Of a DNA stretch of 64,000 nucleotides, positions 1 to 9,462 are shown in pieces. The notes beneath the pieces are model-generated. The model made no database searches. It was not told the origin of the DNA and was given only the letters and a program-made list of their open reading frames with translations. Numbering within the stretch: position 1 is the first letter of the stretch; each line of letters starts with the position of its first letter. A program made the translations under genes and the position numbers. Source of the DNA: a virus; IMG/VR virus record IMGVR_UViG_3300037201_000018, positions 30,384-94,383 of that record; one strand, written 5' to 3'.

Positions 1-2
1 CA

Positions 3-1712
3 GCAGACGCCTCAGTCGACATCACGGGTTGTAGTTCAAACGTCGGAGCGTTTTTGGGAACGGTATCGAAGGGAGCAGCTGGTTACGCCGGAATGGACTG
101 GGGGCAGATGACGAACCTGACCGCGGTGACTACCCTGACGAATACGACGATCGCCACGAGCCAAGTCATCGCCACGGTCACTAATCAGCTCACCGCCGCA
201 GCAATTGCGACAGGAGTCTGGGAGGATACGACCGCGGGAGGAGACTTCGGGACGGCTGGCAGCATCGGTCTCCTGCTCGTCACGAACGTCAACGCGACGA
301 TCGGCAGCCGACTAGCGACCTCAGGATACACAGCCCCGACGAACCTGACAGCAGCCCAGATCGCGACTGGAGTCTGGCAAGACGCAACTGCTGGAGACTT
401 CACCGTCTCGGGGAGCATCGGTAAGAGCTTATTCACGAGTGGCAACGCCCCCGGAGCTGCGTCTGGTCTGGCACTCGTCGGTTCCAACATGGGAAGTGCC
501 AGTTCAGTCACTGCGGCGATCACGCTCCCCGCTATCCCGAACAACTGGATCTCAGCGGCCGGGATCGCCGCCAATGCACTCAACGGAAAGGGTGACTGGC
601 TCCTGGCAGTTAATTACACAGCACCTCCGACGTCGGCACAAACGGCTACAGCGGTGTGGCAAGACTCGACTGCTGGGGACTTCACCGCGGCTGGGTCTAT
701 CGGTAAGTCCCTCGCACCAGCAACCCTCGGAGCCGTACCAGGAGCCTCAGGCGGGTTCCTGATCGCGGGAGCCAACGCAGCGACGACGTTCGCCACGCTG
801 ACTTCGACGGGAGCATTTACGGTCAACGGCGTGTCAAATGTATCACAAACAGGGGACAGCTTCGCGAGAATCGGGGCGCTTGGTGCTGGACTGACTGGGA
901 TCACTGGAGTTACTCTGGCAGCGAGCCAACCAGGAGTTACGATCCCTACGGTTACGACAGTCACCAACCAGCTGACGGCAGCGGTCATCGGTGGGGCAGT
1001 CTGGGACGTCACCCTCTCGGGCCACCTGGTAGGCGGGTCGACTGGAGCGGCACTGAACGCAGCTGGCTCGGCCGGTGACCCATGGTCGACGTTGATCCCC
1101 GGTGCTTACGGAGCTGGGACAGCAGGGAACCTCGTCGGTAACAACCTGGCGACGATCCTGACGAACCTCAACTCGCTTGTCACGACTGTCGGAGCCGCCG
1201 GTGCTGGATTGACAGCACTCGCGTCTGCCACGAACCTGGCAACAGCCAACACGGACATCAACGCCCTGATTACGACAGTCGGAGTTGCAGGTGCAGGATT
1301 AACGGCGCTGGCCCCTGCCTCGACTGCCCTCTCCTCCGTCGTCTGGACGAACGCGAGAGCGGGATATCAGGACAATCTCAACGTCGGAGGCAATGTCGCT
1401 TCTTCGTCTCAGTCAGTCACTCTCCTCGGGGCGATCGCCACAGTTGATGCCGACGTCCTCACGAGACTCGCCGCGACGTCCTACACGGTTCCTCCGACAG
1501 CAGCAGCGATTCAGTTGCAAGTCTTTAACGGGCTCGTCGATGGGACTTACTCCCTGAGACAGTGTGTCAAGGCAGCGGCTGCTGGCGCAGGCGGGGCATT
1601 GACTGGCGGACCTGGACCGTCTCTCGCGTTTAAGTCTCTCGACGGAACAACTGCGTTCACTTGTACTGTCGACTCTTCGGGTGACAGATCAGGATTCAAC
1701 TACACACTATGA
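3..1712 (+). CDS. Ala/Gly/Thr-rich virion structural protein with internal repeats (5'-truncated by window)
   Basis: Frame is open from position 3. Repeated motif LTAAxIATxVWxD..AGDF...GSIG occurs about 4 times. Lies directly upstream of head-tail genes. Confidence 0.65.
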   Translation, partial: ADASVDITGCSSNVGAFLGTVSKGAAGYAGMDWGQMTNLTAVTTLTNTTIATSQVIATVTNQLTAAAIATGVWEDTTAGGDFGTAGSIGLLLVTNVNATIGSRLATSGYTAPTNLTAAQIATGVWQDATAGDFTVSGSIGKSLFTSGNAPGAASGLALVGSNMGSASSVTAAITLPAIPNNWISAAGIAANALNGKGDWLLAVNYTAPPTSAQTATAVWQDSTAGDFTAAGSIGKSLAPATLGAVPGASGGFLIAGANAATTFATLTSTGAFTVNGVSNVSQTGDSFARIGALGAGLTGITGVTLAASQPGVTIPTVTTVTNQLTAAVIGGAVWDVTLSGHLVGGSTGAALNAAGSAGDPWSTLIPGAYGAGTAGNLVGNNLATILTNLNSLVTTVGAAGAGLTALASATNLATANTDINALITTVGVAGAGLTALAPASTALSSVVWTNARAGYQDNLNVGGNVASSSQSVTLLGAIATVDADVLTRLAATSYTVPPTAAAIQLQVFNGLVDGTYSLRQCVKAAAAGAGGALTGGPGPSLAFKSLDGTTAFTCTVDSSGDRSGFNYTL

Positions 1713-1891
1713 ACTTCTGGTCCTCTAGCTTCTGGGCAGCTTGGCACTGGGTCAGCAACTACTGGCACGGCGGTGGATTCGTACCTCCACCGGTTCATCC
1801 CAAGCCAGCCAAGTTTCTGTTCGCCCAGTCAAGAACGGCGACACTGTACGCGACTCCCCGTACCTCACAGCTTTATGCGGAGCCAAGATAG
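1709..1891 (+). CDS. small Trp-rich hypothetical protein (probably structural)
   Basis: ATGA overlap with the upstream gene; tightly packed operon. Confidence 0.55.
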   Translation: MNFWSSSFWAAWHWVSNYWHGGGFVPPPVHPKPAKFLFAQSRTATLYATPRTSQLYAEPR

Positions 1892-2134
1892 GTGTCTCTC
1901 GATGTACACAAGCCTGGATCTAGAATCAAATTTAATAACAGCGGGAAGGACGAGATTGAGGCGACGATCACAGCTGTTTGCATCAGAGGGGATTCAAGAA
2001 CCGTTTATGTGACTTACGAAGTGATCTGGTGGAACGGAAGGACGAGGGAGGAGAAGTGGGTGACTGAGCACGAGCTGTGGAGTGTTGCCTCTCACGGCAA
2101 GGTCTCGATCGGATTCAATGGAGAATCTAAGTAG
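1892..2134 (+). CDS. hypothetical protein
   Basis: Abuts both neighbours in the operon. Confidence 0.55.
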   Translation: MSLDVHKPGSRIKFNNSGKDEIEATITAVCIRGDSRTVYVTYEVIWWNGRTREEKWVTEHELWSVASHGKVSIGFNGESK

Positions 2135-2508
2135 TGTCGACAGGAAGCCCGGGATTCGGATCGAACCAAGACCTCGTCGCGTCACCCGACGTGCTCGTTG
2201 CTGCACCGACGGATTCGTTCGATTTCTCCTTCGACTTCGTAACGCTTCCTCTGCTGCCGGGTGAGTACGTTTCGTCGATCGTTGCGACAGTCGTGACTTT
2301 ACAAGGAATTGCTCAGGCTCCCGGACTTATTACGAACGTCGCAGTCGGTCCTGGGTCGACTCCCACGGCGATCACGGCCCGAGTCAACTTCCCCATCGAC
2401 CAGTGTGACTACCTCGTGACAGTAGTCGTGACGACAGATTTTACAGGATCGTCGGGAGCGAGCGAGACGAGATCAGCTGTCTTTTGGGTTCAGGGGAGAG
2501 CGGCATGA
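2134..2508 (+). CDS. putative head-tail/virion beta-rich protein
   Basis: Beta-strand-rich ~120 aa ORF with D.FDFSFDF motif, located in the morphogenesis operon. Confidence 0.5.
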   Translation: MSTGSPGFGSNQDLVASPDVLVAAPTDSFDFSFDFVTLPLLPGEYVSSIVATVVTLQGIAQAPGLITNVAVGPGSTPTAITARVNFPIDQCDYLVTVVVTTDFTGSSGASETRSAVFWVQGRAA

Positions 2509-2810
2509 AACTCTCTCAATTGAATCCAGCTATCGGAAAAACAGCCGAGAAAGACGTACTCGAAATTTCATTCGATTGTCCGAAGTGCGGGATACCGTAT
2601 CGAATTCTGGCAAAAGGAAGAGTTCGTCAGCCAAAAGATGAGAGTCGGCATCTTTGGGGATTTGAAATTGGATTTAATTGGGACATCGATTGTAGTTACA
2701 TGATCGACTGGGACTCTATCACAGTAGACCCATCGATCATGAACCATCACCACGGTAAAAAACTCTGCGGGTTGGATGTCACAATCAGTAACGGCGAGAT
2801 TAAAGTCTGA
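2505..2810 (+). CDS. hypothetical protein (CxxC, HHH)
   Basis: ATG at 2505 overlaps the upstream stop; AT-richer codon usage. Confidence 0.5.
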   Translation: MKLSQLNPAIGKTAEKDVLEISFDCPKCGIPYRILAKGRVRQPKDESRHLWGFEIGFNWDIDCSYMIDWDSITVDPSIMNHHHGKKLCGLDVTISNGEIKV

Positions 2811-3292
2811 TGCCCAAGATCGAGAATCTGAACAAGCTGCTCTCAAAGCTCAGTCAGAAGCAGAAGGAGGCAGTCAAGGCGAGCGAGGCTTCGGTAACTA
2901 CCGGGTTCACACAGAACTACGCGGTGCACGTTCACGAGAACATGGAAGCTAAGCATAACGTCGGACAGGCCAAGTTCCTCGAACAGCCGGCGAGAGAGCT
3001 AAACAACAGTGGAGAGCTGTCCAATATCATGACGAAGGCACTCAAGCGGGGAGCGACAGTCGAGCAGGGGCTTCTCCTTGACGGATTACGAATCCAACGA
3101 GAGGCGCAGAAACTAACCCCGGTCGACACAGGAGCACTGAAGGCGAGTGCCTTTACGTCACTAACGAGAGACGAGGAGCAGGCAGCAGAAACAGCATTAG
3201 CAACCTCGAACGCAATCAAATTATCGGTGACGTCTCAGAGAGCCAAGAAGTCAGAGTCAAAGAAACTGAAGGGTTTACCGAGGACCTACTGA
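2810..3292 (+). CDS. neck/tail completion protein (HK97 gp10-like)
   Basis: Motifs YAVHVHE, QAKFLEQP and TPVDTGALKAS, typical of HK97 gp10-like proteins. Confidence 0.75.
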   Translation: MPKIENLNKLLSKLSQKQKEAVKASEASVTTGFTQNYAVHVHENMEAKHNVGQAKFLEQPARELNNSGELSNIMTKALKRGATVEQGLLLDGLRIQREAQKLTPVDTGALKASAFTSLTRDEEQAAETALATSNAIKLSVTSQRAKKSESKKLKGLPRTY

Positions 3293-3293
3293 G

Positions 3294-3764
3294 TTGAGTA
3301 TCCCCCTAGCTAACTCCCCCGCCGACGTCGTTCGCTACCTGCTGATCGCGCTCGGCTTGGGAACCTTACCGACAAACACTCCACAAGGGAACTGGCCTAT
3401 TAGTTCTGGTCAGGAGTTGAACGACCCTGATAACACTGTGACAGTCTACGACACGCTGGGAAACAAGCACGCGAGGATCATGATCGACGGGCAAGTCGTC
3501 GAGGACCCCGGCATCCAGATCAGAGTGAGAGCGACTGACAACCCTACCGCTCAGACTCAGGCGGAGATCATCAAGCAGGCGATCGACGAGAGAGCAACGG
3601 GATACAACGTCCAGATCCCCGACTTGAGCAACGTGCTTCACAACTTCACGGTCTACGCTCTCAATCGATCAGGGAACCCGATCCAGTTGGGGAAGGAGTC
3701 CCCGACGAGCAACAGAAGGATCTACACGATCAACGCCACGGTAACTCTCAGACAGGCAACCTAA
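3294..3764 (+). CDS. tail terminator / minor capsid-like protein
   Basis: VTVYDT..G, PGIQIRVRA and RRIYTIN motifs; position before the tail tube gene. Confidence 0.7.
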   Translation: MSIPLANSPADVVRYLLIALGLGTLPTNTPQGNWPISSGQELNDPDNTVTVYDTLGNKHARIMIDGQVVEDPGIQIRVRATDNPTAQTQAEIIKQAIDERATGYNVQIPDLSNVLHNFTVYALNRSGNPIQLGKESPTSNRRIYTINATVTLRQAT

Positions 3765-3782
3765 CTAACAGAGGAGAACGAT

Positions 3783-4259
3783 ATGGCTGCACCCCCGGTC
3801 ACCGCCCGAGTCCTTCCGACTCACGGCAAGATCTACAACGGATTCCCGACGACGATAGCATTGAGTCTCAATCCCGCGATCAACATCTACGAGAAGACCG
3901 TCATGCCACCTGGACTCGACGGAGGGGAGATGATCGACGTCACGACGATGCTGAACGTCGCCTGGCGGACGATGGTCCCCCGCTCCCTGAAGACCCTCTC
4001 ACCGATCACGATCGTCGGACTGTACTCAGCTTACCTGTACCTCGACATGCTGGCAGTTCTGAACTTACAGGGAGCCGCCTCGGTCCACTTCCCAGACGGC
4101 GACGTCTACTCGTTCTGGGCAACTTTGAACAAGTTCGAGACTCCCGCCCACGCAGAGGGAGTCGCACCTGAGGCGACCTTCACGCTGACCCCGACAAACT
4201 GGGACCCGGTCTTGCTTGTCGAGTCCGGCCCAATCCTTACCTCCGTCTCAGGGACCTAG
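3783..4259 (+). CDS. major tail tube protein
   Basis: Strong RBS (GAGGAG). IDVTT motif and FPDG..YSF. Size and position between terminator and chaperones fit. Confidence 0.75.
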   Translation: MAAPPVTARVLPTHGKIYNGFPTTIALSLNPAINIYEKTVMPPGLDGGEMIDVTTMLNVAWRTMVPRSLKTLSPITIVGLYSAYLYLDMLAVLNLQGAASVHFPDGDVYSFWATLNKFETPAHAEGVAPEATFTLTPTNWDPVLLVESGPILTSVSGT

Positions 4260-4328
4260 CAGATCGTAGGACGTGTTCGGACCCCTGAGTAGGGAATCCT
4301 AGCCTAAACACTTTAGGAGTTTCCTTCG

Positions 4329-4403
4329 GCGCGGCCCGTCTGAGTCAGGATTTTCCAGTTTCTCCAGGCTCGGATGGGCTGCGTCTTTCTCAAACTGGAA
4401 AGG
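4329..4403 (+). promoter_or_regulatory. predicted RNA pseudoknot in the leader of the tail assembly chaperone
   Basis: 18-bp stem 4329-4346/4367-4384 with 5 G-U pairs. Loop TTTCCAGTTT (4352-4361) is complementary to AAACTGGAAA (4392-4401), which overlaps the RBS. Confidence 0.6.
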
Positions 4404-4412
4404 TAGCGAGCG

Positions 4413-4844
4413 ATGACAGAAGTGATGGACTTCGAGTCCCTAGCCCCGATCGACGTCGAAGTCAAGTACAAGGGGCAGACGCTGACGTTGAGGAGCGCAA
4501 ACGGGGCAGTCGGTACACTCTTCAAAAACAAGATCATCCAGTATGAATCCTGCGACCGGAGGGACATGGCGGACATCCAGCCTTGGCTCGTCTCGGTCTG
4601 CCTCTTTCGTCGAGTTCCTGACCTGGCAATCCCTGGGGATCAGGGTGAACTGGTTCCAGTGTCGGTCGTGAGAACGTTCCCTCATCCAATGCTCAAGAAG
4701 CTGTTCGACAAGGCGGTCGAGATTGGTGAATTGATTCCCGAGGACGAGACGATCGAGTCACTGGAGAAGAAGCTGGCGATCCTTCGGAAGCAGGAGGCGG
4801 CGAGAAAAAACGGGCACGAGTCTACGGGGACTGGTTCGAGTTAG
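4413..4844 (+). CDS. tail assembly chaperone (gpG-like)
   Basis: Position between tail tube and tape measure. Slippery heptamer A-AAA-AAC at 4805-4811. Confidence 0.75.
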   Translation: MTEVMDFESLAPIDVEVKYKGQTLTLRSANGAVGTLFKNKIIQYESCDRRDMADIQPWLVSVCLFRRVPDLAIPGDQGELVPVSVVRTFPHPMLKKLFDKAVEIGELIPEDETIESLEKKLAILRKQEAARKNGHESTGTGSS

Positions 4845-5092
4845 CGGCTTATTACGGCCACTCGGGGCCGATCCACTCGTTCATGAGTTGCATGTCTTAC
4901 AGGGAGTTCCTGACTCGCGTCGACCTGATGAACGAAGAGCGTAAACGAGAGAACCAGGGAACTCAACCGAGTCAAGCTCCTCAACTCTCTCCCGAGGAAC
5001 AAGCGAGACAGTCCAAGGCGGCTTGGGCAGGGGCGTTGGGAATGACGAAGACTCAAACTGGAGAGATTCGTGGGGCACCCCTTGGAAGATAA
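4413..5092 (+). CDS. tail assembly chaperone long form (gpGT-like) via programmed -1 frameshift at 4805-4811
   Basis: The -1 frame is open from the slippery site (KRARVYGDWFELAAYYG...) into the 4883..5092 ORF. Confidence 0.75.
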
Positions 5093-5183
5093 CAAGACTG
5101 CGTTCACTGACAAGAACAACGCGACGACTGTCCTGAACAGTAAGTGGAGAACTCGCGTAGCAGAGTACAAGGGAGAAACTGAG

Positions 5184-5450
5184 ATGAAGATGAAGGAGTT
5201 CAAGAACGGGAAAGAGACGTTCAACACGCTCTCCCCGATCCCAGATCAGGACATCCAACTGGGAGACGGGAGAGTCCTTCGAGTCCAAGGTTGGCGACCC
5301 AAGGGAGACCCAGAGGTTTGGTCTCTGGTGAAGATCAAGATCACGGATTACATCTGCATGCCCGAGAAAGAGACGGACGACGACTTCCTTAAGAAAAGCT
5401 ACGGGATGCTGAGGGACCTGGCTCAGAAGAGAGAGGACGAGAGTAAATAA
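5184..5450 (+). CDS. hypothetical protein
   Basis: GGGAG RBS before ATG 5184; ends just before the tape measure gene. Confidence 0.5.
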   Translation: MKMKEFKNGKETFNTLSPIPDQDIQLGDGRVLRVQGWRPKGDPEVWSLVKIKITDYICMPEKETDDDFLKKSYGMLRDLAQKREDESK

Positions 5451-5452
5451 CG

Positions 5453-7804
5453 ATGGCTGGTGAGACCGAACTCGAAAGATTAGTCGTCCGCCTGACTGGC
5501 GACGGTAGCCAGTATAAGCGGATGTTGGATACGGCGATCTCAGCGACGACCTCCGCGGCCGAGAAGATCGAGCAGTCGACTGAGAAGATGGGCTCCGGGA
5601 TGGTCGCCAAGGGAGTCCTCATCGCTGAGGGCGTGACCCTGATGGTTGAGAAGTTCAAAGAATTCGGGAAGGAGGCTCTCTCCGCTTTCAGATCTCACGA
5701 GGACGCAGAGTTCAAACTGAAGGCGGTGATCGAAGCGAACGGGGAATCTGTCTCCAAGGTAACTGAAGAGTACGAAAAGTTTGCTGACACGATCGGCAAG
5801 ACAACGACTCACGGTAAGGTTCAAGTTCTTCAGTTACTTCAGATGGCTGAAACCTACGGTTTGACAGGAACTAAGGCAGAGCAGGCAGTCAAACACGCAC
5901 TGGGATTCGAGGATGCGTTAGGTCACAGCGCAGAGGGGGCCTTACGCCTGACTGCGAGACTCCAGCAGGGCAGCGCTGAGATGCTGGGGAGGTTCGTCCC
6001 CGGCCTTGACAAGGCGACGAGCGAGCAAGCCAAGCTGACTCTCGCGAACGACCGCTTCAACAAGATGTTCAAGGTCTCCGAGTCGTTGACTGAGACGACG
6101 ACCGGCGCAATTACGATGTTCCACAAATCGATACATTCGTTATTTGCGGAGCTGGGGGGACTCGTCGCTCTCGGCCTCAAGCCGATAGTCAAGCTACTCA
6201 CGGAGGGAATCGACGCATTCCAGAAGCTAGACCCAGAGATCAAGAAGGTGACGTCTTCCATCGCCGCGTTCACGGCGGTCACGCTGGCAATAGGAGCCGC
6301 AAGTACCTACGCACCGATTGTCGGGGCCTTCAAGCTGCTCGGGACGGTAATCGGATTCTTGACAGGACCGATCGGCCTCGTCGCGGCTGCCATCGTGGGG
6401 CTTGGATACCTTGTGGTTAAGCACTTCGGAGGGATCAGCGAGACGTTCACGGCGATCAAGACCAAGTTTGACGAGTTTGCGAACTACGTTCGGCCTGTTA
6501 CTACGGAGTTGGGTAACATCTTTCGTGTGGTGTGGGACGATATCCTAGAGGCAGGACAGACCACGTTCAATACCCTCTCACTGTTCATCAGCCCGATACT
6601 GGCGAAGCTCGGGGTCTTGATGACTGGATTCTGGGATACGTTCAGACGGGCGTCGATCGAGGCACTCATCGGAGCCGAGTTCGCGATCCGTAACTGGAAG
6701 GAGATGCTAGCCCTGGCAGCGACGTTTGCGCGTCTTAAATTTGAGACGTTCAAGGAAGACGCGAAGTATCTCTTCACTGACGAGATCCCTAACTACCTCC
6801 AGAACATGACAGGCGTGTTTAAAGCTACGTGGAAAGCCGTGTTTGATAGTGCGACGGACGCATTCAATCAGCTCGGAGCAAACTTAGTAAGCATCTCTCT
6901 CCACTTGCCGCAGCTGCTATCGGGCCGGATGGATTTCAGCCAAGTTTGGAATCCGCTAGTTGAGAACTTTGAGATTACGATCCCTAAGATCGTCCCTCTA
7001 GCCAAACGCGAACTGAGTTTCGTCGAGAAGGCACTGACGGCGGCTATGAAGGTGATGGGCGGTGGACTCGCCGCGTCGTTCATGGATTTTCGGGCCAAGC
7101 GGGTCGGTGAGTTACTCTTTCCAGACAAGGCGATCGACGCCGCCGTAGATAAGACGGCTAACAAACTGAATACGGACATCCTCCCAGTCGCGAAGGCGAT
7201 CAACAAGGAGCTGCGCCCGCCTGACGTCGTGTTCTGGAGCGCGACTGCGATCACCCACGCGAGGAACCAGCTGTTCGGCCTCGCCAGGACGATCAAGACT
7301 GTTCAGACCGTAGGCAACGCGACCGTCACCAACGTGGGAGGCGGCGTAGCGGGCCATGCCAGAGCAGCCCCTGCCGCTGTTGGAGCTGCTGCCGTTCACC
7401 CCGCGATCGCTCAGATCGTCCGTGCGGCGGTGGGTGCCTCTGCTGCCCCTGACCTGCCCGTAGAACTTGAAGAGGGTAAGTTCGGAACGGCAAATCTAAT
7501 TAGCAGCAATCGTAAGCAACGGCAGCAAGAGTTCCTCCGCAAGGCCGGCGTCGTACCAGCAGGAGCTGCCCCCTCTATCCGACAGGGTCTCATACGTCCT
7601 AAATTGCAATCTGGTTTTGGCTACAAGCAACGTCAGCAAGAGTTCCTCCGCAAGGCCGGAGTCACTCCCGTTACTCCGCCGCCGGGGAGTCTCTCTCCCC
7701 AACAGACGACAATGACGGATCAGTTACTTCAGCAGATCGTGACGTTGCTGAGTGACAAAAACAAGAAGAGGACGCTCGAAGTCAGACCCCTGGGGATAGC
7801 ATGA
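5453..7804 (+). CDS. tail tape measure protein
   Basis: 783 aa, helical Ala/Leu-rich. N-terminal ELERLVVRLTGD, central hydrophobic segments. Follows the chaperones. Confidence 0.85.
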   Translation: MAGETELERLVVRLTGDGSQYKRMLDTAISATTSAAEKIEQSTEKMGSGMVAKGVLIAEGVTLMVEKFKEFGKEALSAFRSHEDAEFKLKAVIEANGESVSKVTEEYEKFADTIGKTTTHGKVQVLQLLQMAETYGLTGTKAEQAVKHALGFEDALGHSAEGALRLTARLQQGSAEMLGRFVPGLDKATSEQAKLTLANDRFNKMFKVSESLTETTTGAITMFHKSIHSLFAELGGLVALGLKPIVKLLTEGIDAFQKLDPEIKKVTSSIAAFTAVTLAIGAASTYAPIVGAFKLLGTVIGFLTGPIGLVAAAIVGLGYLVVKHFGGISETFTAIKTKFDEFANYVRPVTTELGNIFRVVWDDILEAGQTTFNTLSLFISPILAKLGVLMTGFWDTFRRASIEALIGAEFAIRNWKEMLALAATFARLKFETFKEDAKYLFTDEIPNYLQNMTGVFKATWKAVFDSATDAFNQLGANLVSISLHLPQLLSGRMDFSQVWNPLVENFEITIPKIVPLAKRELSFVEKALTAAMKVMGGGLAASFMDFRAKRVGELLFPDKAIDAAVDKTANKLNTDILPVAKAINKELRPPDVVFWSATAITHARNQLFGLARTIKTVQTVGNATVTNVGGGVAGHARAAPAAVGAAAVHPAIAQIVRAAVGASAAPDLPVELEEGKFGTANLISSNRKQRQQEFLRKAGVVPAGAAPSIRQGLIRPKLQSGFGYKQRQQEFLRKAGVTPVTPPPGSLSPQQTTMTDQLLQQIVTLLSDKNKKRTLEVRPLGIA
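7514..7659 (+). repeat. 35-bp direct repeat in tape measure 3' end (KQRQQEFLRKAG x2)
   Basis: 7514-7548 vs 7625-7659, 34/35 identical. Confidence 0.9.
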
Positions 7805-8976
7805 CCGCGACTGTCCAAGGTATCCTCTCGTGGAGCGCGTCTGAGAACCAGGACGGGCACAAGGACTACCACATCGTCCTGGAGGTCGAGTCAGCTCTAA
7901 ATGACGGTCCCGACGCGATCCTCAACGCTGCTGGGATGCCGGCGATTGGTGCACCGTACCAAGGTTCTTCCCTGCCAATGGTCGCCAACGGCGGTAGCCC
8001 CTCGATAATCAACGACTTCAACCCTTGGGCCTTCCGTTGGCCGAACTGCGAAGTCAAGATTCACAGCGAGAAGAGCGGAGAGAACACGAAGTGGTACGAG
8101 GCGGACATCCTGTTCTCGACCCGGCCTCTCGAACGGTGCATGACGGCGCTACCAGCGAACCCGATCAGCGAACCTCCCAAAATCGGGGGGTCGTTCACCA
8201 AGTTCACACGGGAGGCGCTGGTCGACCGCTATGGCTATCCAATCCTCAACTCCGCGTTGGAGCCGATAACTGGGCAGCAGGTCGAGAGGGATTACAACAC
8301 GGCATCGGTTACGATCGAGATGAACTTCGCCACGTTCGGGGGTGGAACGTGGGCACCGATGATCGACACATTGAATGACTCAACTCTGTGGGGTCTTCCT
8401 CCCCGATGCGTCAAACTGAGTAACGTCAGATGGCAAAGAAAGTTGTATTCACTCTGTACGTTCTTTTACAACTTCACCTACGAGTTCGACATCAACTTTG
8501 AGACGTTTGACCGCCTGCTACCAGACATCGGGACCAAGATCTTGGCTCCGGGTGGCAACGTGTTCAACCCCAGTCACTTCGTCGCCTACCAGGATCTCCA
8601 GGGGAACACAGGGACGGTGACGCTCGACGGTTCTGGTAACCAGTGGACTGGGATCAGTTCTGGTGTAGTTATCGTCGGGTTTTCGGTCAGTACTAACTCC
8701 CTAATCTCGACAGCTGCACCGCACAATCTATCTATTGGGGATCAATGTATCATCGTCGGGACTGGTGGGACGGTAAACCTCAACGGAACATGGGAAGTAA
8801 CTGATACGCCTACATCGAACGAGATCATTATCGATAACCCTTTCGTTCCTTCAGCGACGCTCTCGGCAGCCAGTCAACTTGGTAGCTTTGCCAACTCGAC
8901 CCTACCCGGATCGAACTACGTGCAGTTCTATGACGAATCCAACTTCCTGCTGCTCGGGATTCCCTCCTCTCTCTAG
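7801..8976 (+). CDS. distal tail / hub-like protein with inserted beta domain
   Basis: Directly follows the tape measure gene. C-terminal insert TAAPHNLSIGDQCIIVG..G..NLNG.W resembles the FCCH-like domains seen in tail proteins. Confidence 0.55.
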   Translation: MTATVQGILSWSASENQDGHKDYHIVLEVESALNDGPDAILNAAGMPAIGAPYQGSSLPMVANGGSPSIINDFNPWAFRWPNCEVKIHSEKSGENTKWYEADILFSTRPLERCMTALPANPISEPPKIGGSFTKFTREALVDRYGYPILNSALEPITGQQVERDYNTASVTIEMNFATFGGGTWAPMIDTLNDSTLWGLPPRCVKLSNVRWQRKLYSLCTFFYNFTYEFDINFETFDRLLPDIGTKILAPGGNVFNPSHFVAYQDLQGNTGTVTLDGSGNQWTGISSGVVIVGFSVSTNSLISTAAPHNLSIGDQCIIVGTGGTVNLNGTWEVTDTPTSNEIIIDNPFVPSATLSAASQLGSFANSTLPGSNYVQFYDESNFLLLGIPSSL

Positions 8977-8986
8977 CGAGCGAACG

Positions 8987-9454
8987 ATGAAAGGTGAACA
9001 GCTGCCAGACACGACCTACCCAGCTGACGGGAGACTGAGGAACAACGACCGACTGACAGTGATCACCCAGATCCATCACGACCACACCGGAAGACCGACG
9101 TTCAGTGGCGACGTTAGATTTGACAGACTACTAAGAACGACTGAGCAGCCGCTCCATCGGGAGATCGAGATCGGTGAGGAGCCAACTCAGCTGGAGACCC
9201 ACTGGATGAAGGAGGTCGGCTACGTCCTGATCCACAACATCACTGGATCAAACTTCCAGATACATCCATCGAAAGCCGAGAAGGAAGACAACGAGAAGCG
9301 AATCGTCAAGGTGACGTTCGGACTTGACTGTGTTAAGGGCCTCCTGTTTCCTCCAGGGACTGGCTACCCGATCGAGGTTGAAGACATCACCAGCGTCTAC
9401 CTGAGGAGCCTGTACAAAAAGGCCCTCGTCAACGTCTACCTTTTCCCAGCCTGA
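8987..9454 (+). CDS. putative minor tail protein
   Basis: Position in the tail operon; ATG at 8987. Confidence 0.5.
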   Translation: MKGEQLPDTTYPADGRLRNNDRLTVITQIHHDHTGRPTFSGDVRFDRLLRTTEQPLHREIEIGEEPTQLETHWMKEVGYVLIHNITGSNFQIHPSKAEKEDNEKRIVKVTFGLDCVKGLLFPPGTGYPIEVEDITSVYLRSLYKKALVNVYLFPA

Positions 9455-9462
9455 AGTAAACT

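Noticed and set aside
5540-7702. Numerous other antisense and overlapping ORFs in the track, here and throughout
   Set aside because: In-register antisense ORFs are expected in GC-rich coding DNA. Unlike 26870..27514, none shows recognisable domain motifs.
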